From contig CAYYHI010000034.1 in assembly GCA_964471745.1 (NCBI GenBank), positions 1-22,257 on the forward strand: 22,257 bases of DNA, written 5' to 3'. This document shows positions 14,311-22,257 of the stretch, in pieces. Position numbers and translations under genes: made by a program. Position 1 is the stretch's first letter. Each line of letters begins with the position of its first letter. The stretch is from an uncultured bacterium (lineage in GTDB: Bacteria > Electryoneota > AABM5-125-24 > Hatepunaeales > Hatepunaeaceae). Under the pieces are notes generated by a model. The model saw only the letters and a list, made by a program, of their open reading frames with translations. It searched no databases and was not told where the DNA came from.

Positions 14311-15765
14311 CTATTCGTCCTTTAGCCCGGTCTCTTTGCTCTCATCTTTGTTGAGGGCTTTACTGGCAAACTTCTTCAAATCAATCCCTGACAACGCCTG
14401 AACGACTTCCGGCAGTTGAGCCAGTATCTCTGCGACCTGTCGTGTCAGGTGCGTCGCGCCGGATTTACCGTCGCCGCCGTCGATGACCACCATTTTGTCG
14501 ATGCGGGACATCGGCTCGGAAATCGCCTTTGCCAGTTCGGGCAGCTTGTCCATAATCATCTGGTATACAGCCGCCTCGTTATATGACTTGAAAGCGTCCG
14601 CTTTGGCTGCCATCGCATCCGCTTCAGACTCACCCATCTTTCGAGTGTATTCGATGTGGCTGATACCGGCGGCTTTCTTGACCTCGACATCGGCTAATCC
14701 CTCAGACTTCTGTGCTGAGGCGCGTCCCTCGGCTTCGGAAGCCAGCCGGAACTTCTCTGCAGTGGCTTCGGTCTCAACCTGGAACTTGCGCGCTTCAGCC
14801 GGGCGCTTCACGGACGATTCGAGCTCCAACTCACGCCGCTTGATCTCCTGCTCTTCGACCTTGATAGCTGCTTCCTTTTCGACAAAACGCGTCTGATACT
14901 CAGCCTTCTTCAGACTGGCAGCCTGTTTGTGACGTTCGAGTTCGTAGGCAGCATCTGACTGGGCCTTGCGGGTGTTGGTATCGATCTGGAAGCCTGTTTT
15001 CTTCAGTTCGAAATCGTGACCGGCTTTGGCAATTTCAGTCTCAACCTGGAAGCGGACAATGTCGCCCTCCTTGCGTGCTTCTGCAGACTTGATAATCGTA
15101 TCTTTATCGGTTTCAGCTTCAGCAACTGCTGCATCCCGCTTGACTTGAGAAATGCGCGGTTGTCCCAGTGCGTTGAGGTAGCCCTGAGTGTCGGATATAT
15201 CACCGAGATTGAAGGACAACAGTTCCAGACCCATCCGTTCGAAGTCTTCCTGGGCGTTCTTTCTGACATCTTCAGCGAAATCATCACGGTTCTGGAAAAT
15301 CTCCTCAGGTGTCATTGAGCCGATTGTCGAACGTGCATAGCCTTCCAGGATATGTCCGGCGACTTCTTTGATACCGGTTGAACCCCGACCGAGGAATTGC
15401 TCGGCTGCCCGGCGGATAGCACCTTGATTCGAAGCTACCTTGACCTGTGCCAATGCCTCGGCGATTATTTGTACACCTTGTTTTGTAAGTACTTCAGGGA
15501 TTCTAATCTGAATGGTGTAGGTTTCAAGAGGCAAAACCTGCGCCGTTTCACGAAACGGCATGACGAAGGCGCCGCCGCCGATAACCATCCGGTAACCGAC
15601 CTTGATACGTTGACCTTCCTCTTCGATGATTCGCTTGCGCCCGCCGGATATGATCAGTACTTCGTTGGGTCCGACCTTCCGGTATTGCTTTGCCTGGGCA
15701 AGGATTAACAGACCAATAACTACAACTACAACGCCGATTATGATGAGCAGTGTTACCGTACTCAT
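14311..15765 (-). CDS. Flotillin-like SPFH/band-7 domain membrane protein
   Basis: N-terminal TM helix, SPFH core, and a long EA-rich coiled-coil with a C-terminal flotillin-like region. The start is set at the Met at 15765, which has an AAGAGGG SD. The ORF track extends to 15816. Confidence 0.75.
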   Translation of the reverse strand: MSTVTLLIIIGVVVVVIGLLILAQAKQYRKVGPNEVLIISGGRKRIIEEEGQRIKVGYRMVIGGGAFVMPFRETAQVLPLETYTIQIRIPEVLTKQGVQIIAEALAQVKVASNQGAIRRAAEQFLGRGSTGIKEVAGHILEGYARSTIGSMTPEEIFQNRDDFAEDVRKNAQEDFERMGLELLSFNLGDISDTQGYLNALGQPRISQVKRDAAVAEAETDKDTIIKSAEARKEGDIVRFQVETEIAKAGHDFELKKTGFQIDTNTRKAQSDAAYELERHKQAASLKKAEYQTRFVEKEAAIKVEEQEIKRRELELESSVKRPAEARKFQVETEATAEKFRLASEAEGRASAQKSEGLADVEVKKAAGISHIEYTRKMGESEADAMAAKADAFKSYNEAAVYQMIMDKLPELAKAISEPMSRIDKMVVIDGGDGKSGATHLTRQVAEILAQLPEVVQALSGIDLKKFASKALNKDESKETGLKDE

Positions 15766-15844
15766 ATTAGCCCTCTTAAATATCTTTGAATGAAAAATTC
15801 TGTAGTATTGATGCACAGATAATTAATGCAGCAGATAAATATAT

Positions 15845-15863
15845 CATTCTCGTTATGAGAATG
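15845..15863. promoter_or_regulatory. Candidate operator palindrome CATTCTC-N5-GAGAATG in the divergent flotillin/pckA-like intergenic region
   Basis: Perfect 7-bp inverted repeat with a 5-bp spacer in an AT-rich promoter region. Confidence 0.3.
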
Positions 15864-15991
15864 CAAATATTTTCACAACTGCGCTATCCGGTTTCTCAAA
15901 CTTGGTCATTTATAAGCTTGCGGCAGGTATTTAAAATTTGTATATTTTCATTTACTCTCGGCTTTTCCTATAAATCAATTCGGAAATAAAT

Positions 15992-17857
15992 ATGAGCAGT
16001 ATATATGATGAAGCGGCATACCGTCAGTTCGCCCAGAACCTGCCGCATGCACTATCAGGTAAGAATATCAAGCATATAAAGCTTGATAAGTTACGTAAAC
16101 CGTCAATAGAGACCGGCACGCCAACCAAGTTTGGTTCCTGGGGATGGCGGTCGGCAGTTTCGAGTCGCATAGGTCCCAAGACTGTTTACCTTGGATCTGA
16201 ACCAGTGCTTCTCCCAAAACCAACTGACTTGCATAAGAGCATTATCGCCGTCGCTCCGGACGAGTTGCACAAGGTTCTTCAGCTTTGCCGCACGCTGCCG
16301 ATGGTGCATATACGCCGCCGCATGGGGGAGAATAGCGAATACAATCCGATCTGTAATCTGTACATATCCGTCGCTGATCATAAGAACTACCGCCTGGCTT
16401 ACATGTGGGGGAGCACGATGGGCGATCCGGATAAAGGCTTGCCCGGACCGGAGTTCACCATGATACACATTCCGGAAGAACACGTCCTGCGCCAGCAGGT
16501 GCTTCACCTTCCCGAATACCATATCAACATCGCCCTTGGTACGGATTATATGGGTGAGAATAAAAAGGGCTTTCTTCGTCAGTCGATGTGGTACGCGGAC
16601 GAACACGGCATGCTCGGGCTTCATGCCGGTACGAAGATGGTGACGGTTCGAGATACCAATGACAGCAAACTGAAGAAGTACGGCGTGCTTCTCTTCGGAT
16701 TGTCAGCCACCGGTAAATCCACCTGGTCATGCCACCAACTCGGCTTGAACGAAAAAGATGGCGAGAAAACCGAAACCATTCAGGATGATATTGTATTTCT
16801 TAAGAGTGACGGCTCGGCGCTCGGTTCGGAACAGAACTTCTTCGTTAAGACCGATGTCGACGCCAAACTCCAGGAAGCGATGTTCTGGTCGCTGACCGAT
16901 AAAACGGCGCTGTACGAAAACGTGATGATCGACTCCGACGGTAATCCGGATTTCCTGGATGAGAGCCTCTGTGCCAACGGACGTGCCGTCATTCGCAAAG
17001 ATAAATTGCGCGTAAGGCGCGGCAGGAAGCTGGTCAGAATAGATTACGACGGTCTGAACCTGCCGACTCTTGATAAGCTGGACGGTTTATGCTTTGCGTT
17101 CATAACCCGGCGCAACACAATGATGACTTTCGCGCAGGAGTTAACCCCTGAGCAGGCAGTTCTTGCCTATCTATGGGGGGAATCATCGCACAGCTTTGCC
17201 TCGGAGCCGGCAAAGGCGGGTGAGTCGGTAAGGACAGTCGGCACCGATCCCTTTATCGTCGGTTCACGGGCGCGCAAGGTCAACCGTTTCCGCGATATCA
17301 TCATGGGATTGTGTGAACGCTACCCGGGCAAGGTTCGATTTTTCCAGTACAACACCGGCGGCATCGGTGAGATCATTGAAATTAAGGAAACACCTGAAGG
17401 CAGGAAGAAAAACATGGTGCGTAAGGTCAAACGGGTGCCTATCCCACTGATGGCGGCTATCCAAAAGGGTGACCTGCGTATGACGAACAGATACGAGAAG
17501 GGCAGACTGGGAACGAAGGAGATCGTAGCGGTGGAGGGGTCAGATCTTAGTGAATATGACCCGAAAAAGTACTATGACGAGGCACAGATAAACTCCTATA
17601 TCGAAGAGATCGTTGACGGCAGGCGGAAATTTACTGAGATGATCAGTTCGGAAGGGCTTGACCGCGAGATCATCAAGTGGGCTGAGAAGTCTTATGAGAT
17701 ATCGAGAGCGGCTGAGAAAGAAGTCTGGCAGGTTGGAGTTCCGAAAGAACCGGAGAAAGCTGAGAAGCTCGATCTTATGATGCCTGTCGGGGTTGGCAGC
17801 AACGACGGGGAATCGATCTACCGACCGCCGCGTTCGCTCGGCTGGAGGATTAAGTAG
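15992..17857 (+). CDS. ATP-dependent phosphoenolpyruvate carboxykinase-like protein (atypical, 621 aa)
   Basis: Blocks match the PckA family. GTDYMGENKKGFL ~ GGTWYGGEMKKGMFS. Kinase-1a LLFGLSATGKST ~ FFGLSGTGKTT. IQDDIVFLKSDG ~ IGDDEHGWDDDG. NGRAVI ~ NTRVSYP. The N- and C-terminal regions are divergent or extended. Confidence 0.7.
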   Translation: MSSIYDEAAYRQFAQNLPHALSGKNIKHIKLDKLRKPSIETGTPTKFGSWGWRSAVSSRIGPKTVYLGSEPVLLPKPTDLHKSIIAVAPDELHKVLQLCRTLPMVHIRRRMGENSEYNPICNLYISVADHKNYRLAYMWGSTMGDPDKGLPGPEFTMIHIPEEHVLRQQVLHLPEYHINIALGTDYMGENKKGFLRQSMWYADEHGMLGLHAGTKMVTVRDTNDSKLKKYGVLLFGLSATGKSTWSCHQLGLNEKDGEKTETIQDDIVFLKSDGSALGSEQNFFVKTDVDAKLQEAMFWSLTDKTALYENVMIDSDGNPDFLDESLCANGRAVIRKDKLRVRRGRKLVRIDYDGLNLPTLDKLDGLCFAFITRRNTMMTFAQELTPEQAVLAYLWGESSHSFASEPAKAGESVRTVGTDPFIVGSRARKVNRFRDIIMGLCERYPGKVRFFQYNTGGIGEIIEIKETPEGRKKNMVRKVKRVPIPLMAAIQKGDLRMTNRYEKGRLGTKEIVAVEGSDLSEYDPKKYYDEAQINSYIEEIVDGRRKFTEMISSEGLDREIIKWAEKSYEISRAAEKEVWQVGVPKEPEKAEKLDLMMPVGVGSNDGESIYRPPRSLGWRIK

Positions 17858-17878
17858 GTTACATTAAAGGAACTTTCG

Positions 17879-18220
17879 ATGGAAACACTGATCGGTATAT
17901 GCGGTATTAAGTGCGGAGAGTGCGAGGCTTACATTGCCACGCAGAACAACGATGACAGATTACGTTCTGAAACCGCTGACAAATGGTCAAAGATGTTCAA
18001 CCCGAACATCAAGGCATCAGATATCAATTGCGACGGCTGCACCTCCGACAGCGACAGGCATTTCAGTTACTGTAACGTCTGTGAAATCAGAGCATGCGGC
18101 ATCGAACGCAAAGTTGCCAACTGCGCTTATTGTGACGATTACGTCTGTGAGAAGCTGGAGGAGTTCTTTAAGATGGTTCCCGAAAACAAGGTGACACTGG
18201 ACGCTATCAGGGAAGCTTGA
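17879..18220 (+). CDS. Small cysteine-rich protein (multiple CxxC pairs; DUF3795-like)
   Basis: CGIKCGECEAY, CDGC, CNVCEIRAC, CAYCDDYVC. It sits 22 nt downstream of the pckA-like gene with an AAGGA RBS. Confidence 0.45.
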   Translation: METLIGICGIKCGECEAYIATQNNDDRLRSETADKWSKMFNPNIKASDINCDGCTSDSDRHFSYCNVCEIRACGIERKVANCAYCDDYVCEKLEEFFKMVPENKVTLDAIREA

Positions 18221-18278
18221 CGAAATCGTGGTTTGACCGTTGCCACATTCCTGTCAGAAACGGGAATAAGGAGAATCA

Positions 18279-19118
18279 ATGTTACGTAGAATACTGATCC
18301 CGCTCGACCCGTCGCCTTTTTCACAGGCGGCGTTGAGCTGGGGTATTTACGCTGCGAAGATTACCGGTGCTGAGCTGACCGGACTTGCGGTGCTTGATCT
18401 GCCGGGGATAGAAAAATCAATCGGATCGGTACCCTTAGGCGGTATTCATTACGCGCAGCATCTCGTCGAGAAAAAGGAAAAGAAAGCCCTCGAACATATA
18501 GAAGCGCTTCTGAAAAGCTTTAAGGAAAGGTGCAAGTCCGAGGGTGTTCCTTATCGCTTAGCCAAGCGACAGGGAAATCCCAGCGATCAGATCATCAAGG
18601 ATTCGATGTATTACGACCTGGTGGTGCTCGGTCTGCAAACATGCTTTCATTACGATTGTGAATCTGCACAGGGCAAATCGGTTGCTGAGGTATTGGACCA
18701 TTCGGTAACGCCCATTCTTGCGGTACCAGATCATTTCGAAATACCGAAAGACAGGGTTAACGTGTTAGTTACCTTTGACGCCAGTTTGCAATCAGCCCGG
18801 GCGGTTCATCGCTTTGCCCAGCTTGTCCGAACAGCGGAATTCAATATTACGATAATCATGTCGCATCAGGACATGGAATATGCCAATGACTGTTTGGACC
18901 AAACCGAGGATTTCCTGCGTGCGCACAATTTTAAGAATATCAAGAAGGTCTGGACACCGCAAAATATTATCGAGGAAATCAGGAACAACCATCTCGAAGA
19001 GACCAACATGGTCGTGCTTGGCGCACATTCCAAGAAAGGATTGGTGGATTTCATGGTCGGCAGCCTCAGCAGGGCTTTGATGCGGGAGGAGAACAAGTAT
19101 CTGCTGATCGGGCAGTAG
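18279..19118 (+). CDS. Universal stress protein (tandem Usp domains)
   Basis: Two Usp-like halves are present, with the C-terminal VVLGAHSKKGLVDFMVGSLS motif (G-x2-G-x9-GS). 279 aa. Confidence 0.7.
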   Translation: MLRRILIPLDPSPFSQAALSWGIYAAKITGAELTGLAVLDLPGIEKSIGSVPLGGIHYAQHLVEKKEKKALEHIEALLKSFKERCKSEGVPYRLAKRQGNPSDQIIKDSMYYDLVVLGLQTCFHYDCESAQGKSVAEVLDHSVTPILAVPDHFEIPKDRVNVLVTFDASLQSARAVHRFAQLVRTAEFNITIIMSHQDMEYANDCLDQTEDFLRAHNFKNIKKVWTPQNIIEEIRNNHLEETNMVVLGAHSKKGLVDFMVGSLSRALMREENKYLLIGQ

Positions 19119-19221
19119 GAAAGCGATCTCGTCAGCGGTCGGTGAAGTAATGACAATTAGTTAAGTTGACAGTCCACAAGATAACCATAGATATTTTGAG
19201 AGCATTAACAAAATACTGATT

Positions 19222-19306
19222 CCAATACGTTGTCATTCTGAACGAAGTGAAGAATCTCGTTTTCATTCCCCCGCTGTTTGAGATTCTTCACTTCGTTCAG
19301 AATGAC
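19222..19306. terminator. Long perfect hairpin (27-bp stem GTCATTCTGAACGAAGTGAAGAATCTC, 31-nt loop) between the convergent usp and peptidase genes. It is a bidirectional terminator or REP/MITE-like element.
   Basis: Inverted repeat read from the sequence. It is related to the 4042-4090 hairpin. GTTGACAGTCCA (19165-19176) nearby also occurs at 4125-4136. Confidence 0.6.
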
Positions 19307-19412
19307 GAAATGTGAACTTGCTCACGACATCAGTAATCAGTTAAGACTCTCGATATTTTTAATCCTGTTATAACATTTCATTGCCATCTAATATTCACCA
19401 CCCTGATCAAAT

Positions 19413-20957
19413 TCAAAACACCACCTCCACCCTGTAGAAAGCCATATTGATCGGTGGATCATGGTCAACGTAGCGGGTTCCTTCGACGAATGCCAGACGT
19501 TCACCTGAGTTATTCTCCCTGAAAGGACTGGCGCTACGATAGACAATATAACCCTCCGGGATGGCTTCACCGTCACGCAAGCCTTCATTTCCTCCCCAGA
19601 CCAGAACGATGTTATTCGCCTCGAAGATCAGATCAAACGACTCAACCATGCGATATGGCGGCTGCCAGGCTTCGAGTGAATCGTTAATCTGCTGAGCGAT
19701 CTCGTTCTGAAATGCTTCAAGGCGGTCGTAACTGAAGCGGGGAGACGCCAGAAAGCGGTCGACCCTGTCGAAGATGTAATTCTCAAGCGGCAGGCTGAAA
19801 TCCAAGAAACCGTTTCCCTGCCGGTTGGCCAGCCTCCAAGTATCGACCTTGTCGATCCAGTCAGTCTCAACGTAGATCCAGTCGCTGATTTCCTCGGCGC
19901 GTTCACTGATTGAGCTTGTCTGGTCGCCATCGTACTCGACCGGTACAGAACCGGCGCGAACCCATAGTGGGGTGGCAATGCCGGAGAGTGGCGATCCGAG
20001 CATCGCCCAGATTACCGCGTCATCGGGTCGTTCGCCTGACCTGACGCCCTGAGCTATCATCACTGAACGGGTTGACGACCGGCAGATGGACAAGTCGTTG
20101 GGCAGACAGCCGTAGGGACAGTCTTCATAATACCCGTCGAACGGCAGCGGGTATGGGTCGAAGCCGGGCGAGCTGAGGTCGCGGACCACTTCACGGTAGA
20201 TGTATTGCGGCGTCAGGTTGTTGTCGTCCACCGCATTCTTCCAGAGTGTGTGAGCGCGTCGATAGCGGTGCAGACCGATGTAGTCGTCGATTAAATCCTC
20301 TTCACCGCTGAAGGCGAAGTTTGACCGGACTATGAAGCCGTCGTCGGTTTGGTCTGCGTCGAGGCGGGTGTAGCTCCAGCGACCGGTTTCGAACATCACT
20401 GCGCCGCCGAAGGCATCGATAATGCCGTAGTTGGAGCAGTAGAGTCGCCCCGGGTCGTTGGTTGAATCGAGGATAGCCTGGAACTGGTCGACCGTTCGGC
20501 AGGTCGCCAGCGCCAGCTTCATTCGAGCGCCTTCGTCGTTCCCTCCCTGGGGATCCATATTATGAACTGAAGCGTTCTCGATCCCGAATCCGGCGGCGTT
20601 GATGCCTGCGAAGTACCTGTCGGTGATGCCGGCGTAGGTCAGTCCGATGAAGGGTATGCGCCCGTCGTCGACGAAGTGGTATTCCTGTTCGGGATTACCG
20701 ACGTCGCGGTTCTTCCACAGAAGCGGTCTACCGTCGGGAGTGGTCGCTCCGGATGCCACGCCGGTTGTGCATTCGTTGATGTTTTCAAGGTGCCTGGTTT
20801 CAGATTCGATTCCGACGAGAGGTAGCTTGGAGGTTCTGATATTCAAACCAGAAGCAAGAGACAGGCAGAGCAGAACAACGCAAGTCGTGATGATGGAATA
20901 TCTGTGAATCGAACCGGACGGCATAACCTTGCTCCATGCGGGTAATGGATAAACCAA
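19413..20957 (-). CDS. Secreted Ntn-hydrolase peptidase, probably C69 (dipeptidase A)-like
   Basis: A signal-peptide-like N-terminus is followed by ECTTGVASGATTPDGRPLLWKNRD. This resembles the C69 N-terminal nucleophile block CTT....G..DGS.L.ARNxD. The likely start is the Met at 20924. Confidence 0.5.
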   Translation of the reverse strand: MVYPLPAWSKVMPSGSIHRYSIITTCVVLLCLSLASGLNIRTSKLPLVGIESETRHLENINECTTGVASGATTPDGRPLLWKNRDVGNPEQEYHFVDDGRIPFIGLTYAGITDRYFAGINAAGFGIENASVHNMDPQGGNDEGARMKLALATCRTVDQFQAILDSTNDPGRLYCSNYGIIDAFGGAVMFETGRWSYTRLDADQTDDGFIVRSNFAFSGEEDLIDDYIGLHRYRRAHTLWKNAVDDNNLTPQYIYREVVRDLSSPGFDPYPLPFDGYYEDCPYGCLPNDLSICRSSTRSVMIAQGVRSGERPDDAVIWAMLGSPLSGIATPLWVRAGSVPVEYDGDQTSSISERAEEISDWIYVETDWIDKVDTWRLANRQGNGFLDFSLPLENYIFDRVDRFLASPRFSYDRLEAFQNEIAQQINDSLEAWQPPYRMVESFDLIFEANNIVLVWGGNEGLRDGEAIPEGYIVYRSASPFRENNSGERLAFVEGTRYVDHDPPINMAFYRVEVVF

Positions 20958-21371
20958 ATGATATGTAATTTACGAAGATATATGGAAATATGCAATGTTC
21001 ATTAAGGAAATAGATTAGTAATGGTGGTGTAGTTGGAGTGTACAAGGGGGATTTATGTCTGGTTTTTTTGCATGAAGCTCCATTGAGATCGGTCAGATAA
21101 TCAGTCTATCATCTCAATGTATATGACAGCATTTTTATCTCTGCAAAACATTCTCAATTCTCATTAACATTGATATAGTCGAAGGCGTGTGTTAAGTTTT
21201 AATCCTAATCCGGCGATAAGCGTGCTGCCATGTGTCCTCACGTGGCAGAGTGATGTTTCAAGCGTCAGGTGGGGACACCTGACGCCACGATAAATCCAAC
21301 TTAAGCTGTTAACAAGATTTAATAACTGAATTCAAAAGGCTGTTCTCAACATTAGATTTACGGAGGAACTT

Positions 21372-22257
21372 ATGGATGGATTTAAGATTCTATTCAAGAT
21401 AATCGCATTGTTGTTAACCGGATTTATAGTACTGACCTGCACCCAAGACCAGACCCCAACCGAACCACTTATCGATTACATTTCACCTTTAGTTGAATGG
21501 CTTTACCCTCACGGCGGCAATGAGTTGTCGGGCGTGGTCGAGCTGCGTTTCAGCGTTTATGACGAGGTTGGGATCGACAGCGCCTGTGTGTACATCAATG
21601 GCTCCCTGTTCGGGGAGGGTAGACACTCCTGTCTGCCACCAAACGGGGAGGGTAGACACTCCTGTATGCCATCTGATAACAAGTGGGACGGACATTCCTG
21701 TCTGTCAGTGAATTGTGGTCAGACTGCATCAGCCGACACCATCTTCAGTTTATCCTGGAACACCCTTGACTTCGACGACGGCGTCTACATCCTCGAAGCC
21801 CGCGCCTGGGACGATAGCGGCAACTTGGGGATAAGTCCTTCGCTGGTGGTGAACGTCCGTAACGGTGACCAGCCTCCGCCGGAAGACCGGATGCCGCCGG
21901 ACGTCTGGTGGACAGCGCCGGATCCCGGCAGCACGGTCGAAGGCGATGTTCTACTGCAGATAGGCATATACGACGAGAATGATGTTGATTCGGTGCGACT
22001 GATAAAAAACGGAGAGGTTGTGTATGAGTATCATCCTGGCACCCCCCCTTCAATTCCCCCCCGGAAACCGGTGGGGAGAGAGCCCGTTACATCTGCACGC
22101 CAAGCTGGTGGAATTAAGGTTGTGTATGAGTATCATCCTGGCACCCCCCCTTCAATTCCCCCCCGGAAACCGGTGGGGAGAGAGCCCGTTACATCTGCAC
22201 GCCAAGCTGGTGGAATTAAGGATAGAAACAATTCATTCTCTCCCCCCCGCTCCGCGG
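21372..22257 (+). CDS. Lipoprotein (3' end outside the window) with repeated Ig-like modules, in-frame tandem repeats and C7 homopolymer tracts
   Basis: GGAGG RBS. Signal peptide ILFKIIALLLTGFIVLTC with a lipobox LTC. The frame is open for 295 codons to the window edge, so the ORF track does not list it. Two related modules (WLYPHGGNELSGVVELRFSVYDEVGIDS / VWWTAPDPGSTVEGDVLLQIGIYDENDVDS) are present. Confidence 0.6.
   Translation, partial: MDGFKILFKIIALLLTGFIVLTCTQDQTPTEPLIDYISPLVEWLYPHGGNELSGVVELRFSVYDEVGIDSACVYINGSLFGEGRHSCLPPNGEGRHSCMPSDNKWDGHSCLSVNCGQTASADTIFSLSWNTLDFDDGVYILEARAWDDSGNLGISPSLVVNVRNGDQPPPEDRMPPDVWWTAPDPGSTVEGDVLLQIGIYDENDVDSVRLIKNGEVVYEYHPGTPPSIPPRKPVGREPVTSARQAGGIKVVYEYHPGTPPSIPPRKPVGREPVTSARQAGGIKDRNNSFSPPRSA
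21608..21673 (+). repeat. 33-bp in-frame tandem repeat ×2 (GEGRHSCLPPN / GEGRHSCMPSD), plus a degenerate third unit (WDGHSCLS), inside the lipoprotein gene
   Basis: CGGGGAGGGTAGACACTCCTGT(C/A)TGCCA occurs twice in tandem. Confidence 0.7.
22017..22220 (+). repeat. Perfect 102-bp tandem duplication ×2 (34-aa unit VVYEYHPGTPPSIPPRKPVGREPVTSARQAGGIK) containing two C7 tracts per unit
   Basis: Exact repeat 22017-22118 and 22119-22220, read from the sequence. A third C7 tract follows at 22243-22249. Confidence 0.8.

Noticed and set aside
14483-16624. ORFs 14483-14896(+), 15003-15287(-), 15016-15318(+), 15397-15708(+), 16103-16624(-), 16191-16463(+), 16524-16730(-)
   Set aside because: They overlap the flotillin or PEPCK-like CDSs in other frames or on the other strand. 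No supporting motifs or RBS.
21745-22053. Arg-rich minus-strand ORFs (102 aa and 60 aa) and 21489-21711 ORFs in the lipoprotein region
   Set aside because: They are antisense to the long lipobox-containing plus-strand frame. Their composition is typical of spurious GC-rich reverse frames.
22017-22220. Treating the 102-bp perfect duplication as a biological VNTR with confidence
   Set aside because: A perfect 2-copy repeat at a contig/window edge with homopolymer tracts could equally be an assembly artefact. It is reported as a finding with that caveat.
1-22257. CRISPR arrays, IS elements/transposases, integrases, rRNA
   Set aside because: No regularly spaced short direct repeats, no DDE/tyrosine-recombinase-like ORFs and no rRNA-like sequence were found on either strand.

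Overview
This is a mosaic bacterial chromosomal window in which 19 of the 24 coding sequences are on the minus strand.

- **Left end (1-2341):** a tRNA-Glu(CUC) with a translationally coupled vsr, C5-cytosine methyltransferase (Dcm-like) and partial gene X operon lying directly off its 3' end. This looks like an R-M/defence islet.
- **3815-7600:** a histidine ammonia-lyase gene (hutH). Its 5' end and structured leader are copied next to two tandem, diverged paralogous genes. Each encodes a beta-class amino-methyltransferase (DPPF...FCGCG) fused to a C-terminal Mrr-type PD-(D/E)XK nuclease domain. This is the most striking region. It looks like small methyltransferase-nuclease cassettes inserted repeatedly at the hutH 5' end. 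Each cassette is preceded by a hutH-derived upstream ORF (uORF).
- **7747-10086:** a 779-aa fusion of an aspartate-aminotransferase domain with a C-terminal HprK-like degenerate P-loop domain.
- **10.1-14.2 kb:** an AT-richer same-strand array of four toxin-antitoxin modules (MntA/HepT, DUF4258/DUF2283, HEPN/MNT, HicAB). It also holds two truncated MntA remnants, an orphan hypothetical and a small outer-membrane-protein (OMP)-like gene. Palindromic REP-like repeats are interspersed.
- **Right part:** a flotillin-like SPFH protein, an atypical ATP-PEP-carboxykinase-like protein, a Cys-rich small protein, a tandem-Usp protein and a secreted C69-like peptidase. A partial lipoprotein gene carries in-frame tandem repeats and multiple C7 tracts.

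No CRISPR array, integrase, transposase or rRNA was seen.
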